44,330 nucleotides of DNA from an uncultured Pseudomonadota bacterium (GTDB lineage: Bacteria > Oederibacteriota > Muellerivitia > Muellerivitales > Muellerivitaceae), in assembly GCA_963843375.1 (NCBI GenBank), contig CAWJKT010000002.1, forward strand, positions 1-44,330, written 5' to 3'. The notes under the pieces are model-generated. The model saw only the letters and a program-made list of their open reading frames with translations. It ran no database searches and had not been told where the DNA came from. Both the position numbers and the translations under genes were made by a program. Positions within the stretch are counted from its first letter, which is position 1; the number at the start of each line of letters is the position of its first letter. Of the stretch, positions 38,604 to 44,330 are shown one piece after another.

Positions 38604-41069
38604 TTACGCAACTTCAATGTCATCGCTACGGAGTGATTTTCGAAGCTTATCGTTCTCGTCTAAAAGAAGGTCGGTTTTAAGATCCAGCATCTCGGATAGT
38701 TCCACCATCTTGTCGAATTGCAGCGATTTCCCCGCCGCCTCAAATACCGCTTCCTGGGCAAGGTAGAGATTATATTCCAACCCCAGTTTTTTAGTGAGTT
38801 GGACCACGGCGATGGCGGAACGGATATTTTCATTGGTTGGTTTTCCTACCGCGATTTCAACAATTTCGGTGATCAGGTTCCTAAACGTGTGTTCCGCCAC
38901 GAATCGGTCGATTCGGTATCCGTGTTTGGTGACCTCATCGGCAAGGGAAATCAGGTTCCGGTAGGCGTCCGGGTCTTTGAACCATTCCCTTTTTTGGATT
39001 TCCTCCTCAAAGAGTTTGCCAAAGGTGAATTCCGCTGCGGCGCGGATTTCCCGGGGAAGCTCAAATCCGACGGATTGGAGCATTTCCAGGTTGCGGCGGT
39101 TGTCCTCATATAAGCGAACATATTGCTCTGAAAAGCGCTCTACGAGCGTCCCGAAGACTTCCTTGAATATCTTTTGGCGGCTCTCGGGGAGCAATTGTTC
39201 GACTCCGAATTCCTCAGGGCCGAATTCCTCCTGCATCAGCCGCAGAAGCTTGGGGAGGGAAACAAGGTAAAACTGGGACCAAAGCCGCTTAGCGGACTTA
39301 TCGAAATTTTCCTGCCGCAGATAGGGCCGAATGGCCCCATAAAAATCGATGCCCCCCAAATGCAGCCCCGCGAAGGCGAATTGAAAATGTTGGCGGGTCA
39401 TGGCTTCCTGGAGCGAGACATGGCCCGTCATGAGGGTGAAGCGACCATGTTCCTCTTTGCGTTCATTTTTCAATTCATAAAGGAATCCTCCCGCCTCCCC
39501 CTTTTCGGTCACAGGGTTAACCAGAGAAGCGATGGCCAAATGGGCGACCACGCCCTGGGGCGTGACCCGAGTGGGCTCGGCAAAACGACGGTATACATCG
39601 GCGCCATTGCCGTATTCGGGAACGTTGCTTTTCGCTTCCGAAAGAATTTCCAAAAAAGCCGTTTCGAAGGACGGATGCCCCAATGTTTCCATGAGGTCAA
39701 AGATGCGAGCCGCGTATTTCAACACTTGGACGGTTTCAATCCCCGAGATTTCGGTGAAAAACCAGCCGCAGCTTGTATACATCAGCATGGCGTTGCGTTG
39801 GATTTCCAGATGGGTCAGGGCCTTCACTTGATCTAAATCCGAAAGCTCCCGTCCAGCGTGTCTTTCGAGGAATTTATTCCTCGGGGCCGCCGGGTCCAGC
39901 ACTAAATGGATATATTCATTTCGGGTAACCCAGGGGTCAACGAAGAGTTTTCCCCTTTCCTGTTCAAAATAGCCCTGCACCTGGTCTCTCAAGAAATCGA
40001 AGGCTTTTCGCAAAGGCCCGCGCCAGGCTTGGTTCCACCCTTCTTTTCCGCCGGTTTGGCAGCCGCAATCACGATACCACCGGCCCACCCCATGGGCGCA
40101 GCTCCAGGAAGTGCCGTTCCCGTCGGGTCCGGCTTTGATCTCCGCTTCCCACGTGGGAGGATGTTTTTCGAGGAAAGCGGCATAGTTGGTTACCCAATAG
40201 TCCCCTTGGGCCGCTTCCACTTTGAGGGCATAGGCCAAGCTCCGATCCCCGAATTTAGTGTGATGACCGTAACTTTCCCCGTCCGTTGCGGTTTGAACGA
40301 TCCGGCCTTCGCCCTTTCCCACCCGACCGATACGGTCAATAACAGCTTGGCTTGAGATGAGGGCTCCCTCAAAGGCGATCCCGCGGGCAATACCCATGTC
40401 ATAAAAGAAAATGTCGATGAATCTTTTGGAACCATCTCGGTGGAAATAACGGTAAGCCATGGAGGGATCAACTCGATTATTGGAAACATCCGTCCAGTCC
40501 CCTCCACCCAAGGGACGGACTCTTTCCGCTTGTTCGGGTGAAAGAATGACGTATCGAAGACCTTCTTCGATCAATACGGACATCGTGGCGTCATTGCAGG
40601 CGGTTTCAGGCAGCCATAAGGATTCGGGTTGGCGTTTGAACCGGTATTTGAAATCGGCGACGCCCCATTTGACCTGGGTTATCCGGTCTGCGTCATTGCA
40701 TAACGGAAGAATGGTGTGGTTATAGCCTTGCGCGATAGCGTTCCCATGGCCGCCGTTCTTCTTGAGGCTTTTCTTGTCCGCTTCCAGAACCTTCTGATAA
40801 GTCCCCGGATGGTATTTTTCCATCCAGGAAAGAAGTGTAGGGCCGAAATTAAAACTCATGGATTCGTAATTGTTGATAATGCTTTCAATGCGGCCGCTTT
40901 TGAGGTCGAAAATGCGAGCAAATGCATTGGGACGGTAACATTCGTAGTAAACGCGGTCGTTCCAATTGGGAAAGGGCTGGGCGCTGGGCTGGTCGTCAAT
41001 GACCCCAGTCCAGGGATTTTCCCGTGGTGGCTGGTAGAAATGTCCATGGATAACCAGTGCGGTTGACAT
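38604..41069 (-). CDS. GH57-family glycoside hydrolase with DUF3536
   Basis: [60 protein letters not shown]. Confidence 0.9.
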   Translation of the reverse strand: MSTALVIHGHFYQPPRENPWTGVIDDQPSAQPFPNWNDRVYYECYRPNAFARIFDLKSGRIESIINNYESMSFNFGPTLLSWMEKYHPGTYQKVLEADKKSLKKNGGHGNAIAQGYNHTILPLCNDADRITQVKWGVADFKYRFKRQPESLWLPETACNDATMSVLIEEGLRYVILSPEQAERVRPLGGGDWTDVSNNRVDPSMAYRYFHRDGSKRFIDIFFYDMGIARGIAFEGALISSQAVIDRIGRVGKGEGRIVQTATDGESYGHHTKFGDRSLAYALKVEAAQGDYWVTNYAAFLEKHPPTWEAEIKAGPDGNGTSWSCAHGVGRWYRDCGCQTGGKEGWNQAWRGPLRKAFDFLRDQVQGYFEQERGKLFVDPWVTRNEYIHLVLDPAAPRNKFLERHAGRELSDLDQVKALTHLEIQRNAMLMYTSCGWFFTEISGIETVQVLKYAARIFDLMETLGHPSFETAFLEILSEAKSNVPEYGNGADVYRRFAEPTRVTPQGVVAHLAIASLVNPVTEKGEAGGFLYELKNERKEEHGRFTLMTGHVSLQEAMTRQHFQFAFAGLHLGGIDFYGAIRPYLRQENFDKSAKRLWSQFYLVSLPKLLRLMQEEFGPEEFGVEQLLPESRQKIFKEVFGTLVERFSEQYVRLYEDNRRNLEMLQSVGFELPREIRAAAEFTFGKLFEEEIQKREWFKDPDAYRNLISLADEVTKHGYRIDRFVAEHTFRNLITEIVEIAVGKPTNENIRSAIAVVQLTKKLGLEYNLYLAQEAVFEAAGKSLQFDKMVELSEMLDLKTDLLLDENDKLRKSLRSDDIEVA

Positions 41070-41140
41070 AAAACCTCGGCGTTTCAGGGCTTTTGGAAAA
41101 GATGGCTAGATTTTAATGTAAAAAGGCCTCTGAGGGTAAC

Positions 41141-42655
41141 TTAACTTTGTGCCCTGTTAGGAACCAACCATAGACGTCCATATTTATGGATACTCACGTG
41201 GTAGTCTTTCATGATTTCCTCCACAACCCGCTCCGGCAAAAGATATTGCCGGGGAATATCATAAAGCTCGATGGTGGAATATTTTTTCGCGCGAATTTCT
41301 GCCAAAAGGGGGTCCGCGCTCCAAAGTCCCTTTGCCACCATGGCCGTGTATTCCGCCGGTTGAACCCAAAGCCGCTTTTCCGCCATGAGGGGCAAATCCA
41401 AATCGAGGGCCAAATGTTCTCCGGGCCGGGTGTAGATTTCAACGGCAGCGTCATATTTCATGTTAATCTCGCTGCCCGAAGGTAGGTTGGGCCATCGCAT
41501 TCGCGATAAGGAAGCGTAAAGAACCCCTAAAAGTAAAAAACAAAGCAACGTTACCGGGAATAATTTCCTGAAGCTCATCGTCTCTTTTGAATCCTCCCGG
41601 CTGGGGGCGATCAGTCCTTCGCCGATAAAAAATATCCCGTACAAGAGAAATTCCATGAAGTAATTTTCCGCGCTCATTGCCCGCGCCAGGAGGAAAAGCG
41701 AAAAAATGGAAAAAAAAGCCTGCAGTTGAAGCAGCCCGCGGATTTGTTTAAAGAATAAAAGGATCGCCACCATCATCAAAACGATTCCACCCTCCCTTAA
41801 AAAAGGGTGAAAAAGGTAATAGTCCAAGTTTCCCCAATTAATACCCGTGTCCAGCCAAAGAAAGATGTGTTTATAAAAAAAACCTCCGCTTTCCCAATCT
41901 TCCAACCCATAGACCGCTCCCGCGGGTAAAAAACCAAAAAGAAAAAAAACGGAAAGTTTTCTCCAATATTTATTCAGCACGCAATGGATTCCATAAACCC
42001 CCAGCAAGGTCAGGGCGTTTTGTTTAACCAAAATGGCGAACGCTAGCAGGACTCCCGCCAGCGCAATCCCCCCCCATCCCCGGTGATTCCCCGCCTTGTC
42101 CTTGGAATCCTGATTGTCATCTTGGTAAAGCAATAAAAAGGCGGAAAAATTTAACAAAAGATAAAAGGCGTCGCAGCGGTCCATTGTTCCCCATAGGGCC
42201 CAGGTCGGAAACAGACAGAAGAGACTGGAGAGAAGCATCGCCAAAGGCCATCCCCAGTACCGTTTTCCCCAAAAGAAAATCAGTAACCCACAGCCGGCAT
42301 AACCGAGAAAAGCCAATAGCCTGCCGGGAAGCCAGACATTGGAAATAAATTTCAATAAGAGGGATTGGAGCCAGGGATAAAGAGGCGGGTAAGCCGGATA
42401 AAGGTAAGGGGCTTGGGAAGGATCATGATAAAGGGCTTGGCCACGCAACAATGTGAGTGCGAACTCGACATTGATCGCCTCTCCCTGACCGATTTGGATT
42501 GGAAACTTTATCCGCATGATCAGAAGTGGAAAACCCATGAGAAAGGAAAAGAAAGCGAACCCGGCCAAAATTTTGAAGGATATTCCATTCAAATTAAAAA
42601 ACTTGTCCAAGCCGGAAAATGCCCCCGAAGAGGGGTTGGGCTGGTTAGCCAACAA
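41141..42655 (-). CDS. Membrane glycosyltransferase-like protein (GT-C/ArnT type)
   Basis: Many transmembrane segments; GE..., YPPLY, GRLL, R.D and KQ motifs typical of ArnT/PMT-like proteins; overlaps the cysN stop. Confidence 0.65.
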   Translation of the reverse strand: MLANQPNPSSGAFSGLDKFFNLNGISFKILAGFAFFSFLMGFPLLIMRIKFPIQIGQGEAINVEFALTLLRGQALYHDPSQAPYLYPAYPPLYPWLQSLLLKFISNVWLPGRLLAFLGYAGCGLLIFFWGKRYWGWPLAMLLSSLFCLFPTWALWGTMDRCDAFYLLLNFSAFLLLYQDDNQDSKDKAGNHRGWGGIALAGVLLAFAILVKQNALTLLGVYGIHCVLNKYWRKLSVFFLFGFLPAGAVYGLEDWESGGFFYKHIFLWLDTGINWGNLDYYLFHPFLREGGIVLMMVAILLFFKQIRGLLQLQAFFSIFSLFLLARAMSAENYFMEFLLYGIFFIGEGLIAPSREDSKETMSFRKLFPVTLLCFLLLGVLYASLSRMRWPNLPSGSEINMKYDAAVEIYTRPGEHLALDLDLPLMAEKRLWVQPAEYTAMVAKGLWSADPLLAEIRAKKYSTIELYDIPRQYLLPERVVEEIMKDYHVSIHKYGRLWLVPNRAQS

Positions 42656-43937
42656 TCATTCCAGCGGCGACCGTATTGTTGTTGAGTTCATCAATAAGGA
42701 TAAAACTTCCAGTCGTCCGGTTTTGGGCGTAAAAGTCGAAGCAAATGGGTTTAAGGGTTTGGATTTCGACTCGCGCGATATCGTTCAAATTCAACTGCGG
42801 GGCGGAGTTTTTATCCAAAGTTTTCATGTCCCGAACCCAAAGAATTTGAGCCACCATGGCCTTGACTTCTCCCGTGGCCAGTTTCAGGACGTATTTTTTC
42901 TTTAAAACCAGAGGTTCTTTCACCATCCAGCAAAGATGGGCTTGGAACTGTTTGTCGCATTTGGGTTCATTGCCGGGAATCGCCAGCATATCGCCCCGGG
43001 AGATGTCGATTTCATCATGGAGCCGCAAAGTGACGCTCATGGGTGGATAGGCCTCGTCCAATTCTCCCTCATAAGAATCAATAGACCTAATAGTGGAAGT
43101 CGCGCCCGAAGGCAGTGAGATGACCTTTTGGCCCTTGTGAACTATGCCAGAAGCGATTTTCCCCGCAAATCCCCGGTAATCCAGGTTAGGCCTCAGCACG
43201 AGTTGGACCGGGAACCTAAAATCATCAAAATTCCGGTCTTTTGCGATTTCGACCCTTTCCAAATGTTCCAACAGCGAAGGGCCTTTGTACCAGGGCATGG
43301 CGGGGCTTTTCACGGTAACGTTGTCGCCTTTGAGGGCCGACAGGGGAATGAAAACGAGCTCTTTCAAGACGGGGCGTGAAGGATGTTCAACGGAAAGTTT
43401 TTGGAAGAAATCCTCATAATCCTTTTTGATTTTTGCGTAAACGTCTTCATTAAAATCCACCAGATCCATCTTGTTGACCGCCACGACAATGTGCGGAATA
43501 CCCAACAACTTGGCGATATAGCCATGCCGCTTGGACTGGACCATGACCCCATTGCGGGCGTCAATGAGGATGATTGCCAGGTCCGCCGTGGAAGCGCCGG
43601 TGACCATGTTGCGAGTGTATTGCTCATGTCCCGGGGTATCGGCGATGATGAATTTTCGTTTGGAAGTGGCGAAATAGCGATAGGCTACGTCAATTGTGAT
43701 TCCCTGTTCCCGCTCTGCCGAAAGTCCATCTGTTATCAAAGCAAAATCGATGTCGTCCCCACCCTTCTTTTGGGTGGTCTTTCGAATAGCTTCTAATTGG
43801 TCCTCGAAAACACCCTTTGAATCGAAAAGAAGGCGGCCAATTAAGGTGGATTTTCCGTCATCCACGCTCCCTGCGGTCGAAAAGCGCAGCATGTCCATTT
43901 TTTCGTAATTGAGAAGTGTTTTGGCGTCCAGGCTCAA
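42645..43937 (-). CDS. cysN: Sulfate adenylyltransferase subunit 1 (GTPase), with no fused APS kinase
   Basis: GSVDDGKSTLIGRLL, EREQGITIDVAYRYF, DTPGHEQYTRNM, NKMD, C-terminal NNTVAAGMI. Confidence 0.96.
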   Translation of the reverse strand: MSLDAKTLLNYEKMDMLRFSTAGSVDDGKSTLIGRLLFDSKGVFEDQLEAIRKTTQKKGGDDIDFALITDGLSAEREQGITIDVAYRYFATSKRKFIIADTPGHEQYTRNMVTGASTADLAIILIDARNGVMVQSKRHGYIAKLLGIPHIVVAVNKMDLVDFNEDVYAKIKKDYEDFFQKLSVEHPSRPVLKELVFIPLSALKGDNVTVKSPAMPWYKGPSLLEHLERVEIAKDRNFDDFRFPVQLVLRPNLDYRGFAGKIASGIVHKGQKVISLPSGATSTIRSIDSYEGELDEAYPPMSVTLRLHDEIDISRGDMLAIPGNEPKCDKQFQAHLCWMVKEPLVLKKKYVLKLATGEVKAMVAQILWVRDMKTLDKNSAPQLNLNDIARVEIQTLKPICFDFYAQNRTTGSFILIDELNNNTVAAGMIVG

Positions 43938-44330
43938 AAGTAGCCTTCCTTCTTTTTCTGTTCCATCGAGCTGTCCGACCCATGGTCAATGATGCGGTTT
44001 TCCCTCTCGCTTTTGCGGGTGGTAATCAAATCCTCAATGATTCCCCGCAGGTCATGGACTTCCGTTTTGGACTCGATGGCTCCCGTGCAGGACATGCAAC
44101 CCAGCGAACGAAAACGGACCCTCATATCCTTCACCTCGTCCTCCGGCAGGATGGGGATATGGGAAACCCAGGGAATAAGGAGGTTCTTGCGCTTGATGAT
44201 CTTGCGGGTATGGGTGAAATAAATGGGGACGACCGGAATCTTCTCCATTTCGATGTAAAGCCAGATGTCCAACTCGGTCCAATTGGAAAGGGGGAAAACC
44301 CGGATGGATTCGCCCTCGTTCACTTTGGAA
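43934..44330 (-). CDS. cysD: Sulfate adenylyltransferase subunit 2, partial (C-terminal end)
   Basis: RVFPLSNWTELDIW, RFRSLGC, SMEQKKKEGYF. Confidence 0.95.
   Translation of the reverse strand, partial: SKVNEGESIRVFPLSNWTELDIWLYIEMEKIPVVPIYFTHTRKIIKRKNLLIPWVSHIPILPEDEVKDMRVRFRSLGCMSCTGAIESKTEVHDLRGIIEDLITTRKSERENRIIDHGSDSSMEQKKKEGYF

Overview
A 44.3-kb chromosomal segment from a diderm bacterium: it encodes an autotransporter and an outer-membrane beta-barrel, and uses Shine-Dalgarno signals and canonical TTGACA/TATAAT promoters, so it is probably not Bacteroidota. I see no integrase, transposase, phage gene or CRISPR array. Housekeeping content: a partial B12-binding radical SAM gene (missed by the ORF track), oppD/oppF-type ATPases, tRNA-Leu(GAG), def-[pilin]-fmt-rsmB, thiS-thiG-thiE, gltB-gltD, a GH57 gene with glgB, and cysD-cysN. 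The most notable locus is a compact, apparently complete bacterial ceramide (sphingolipid) synthesis set at 9.4-13.1 kb: a CerR-like reductase divergent from serine palmitoyltransferase and a bCerS-like GNAT acyltransferase. An Aur1/IPC-synthase-like PAP2 protein lies about 13 kb away. Other points of interest are an RsmB with a ~215-aa repetitive Arg/Pro/Gly N-terminal tail and a REP-like insertion, a duplicated translation-start module on the ceramide synthase, a clan-A glycosidase-like protein apparently lacking its nucleophile, and a terminator in the gltB leader. At least eight genes between 6.7 and 30.4 kb, including fmt and gltD, carry single-base frameshifts that look like long-read consensus errors rather than true pseudogenes. 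All product calls come from motif recognition by eye; no database searches were run.
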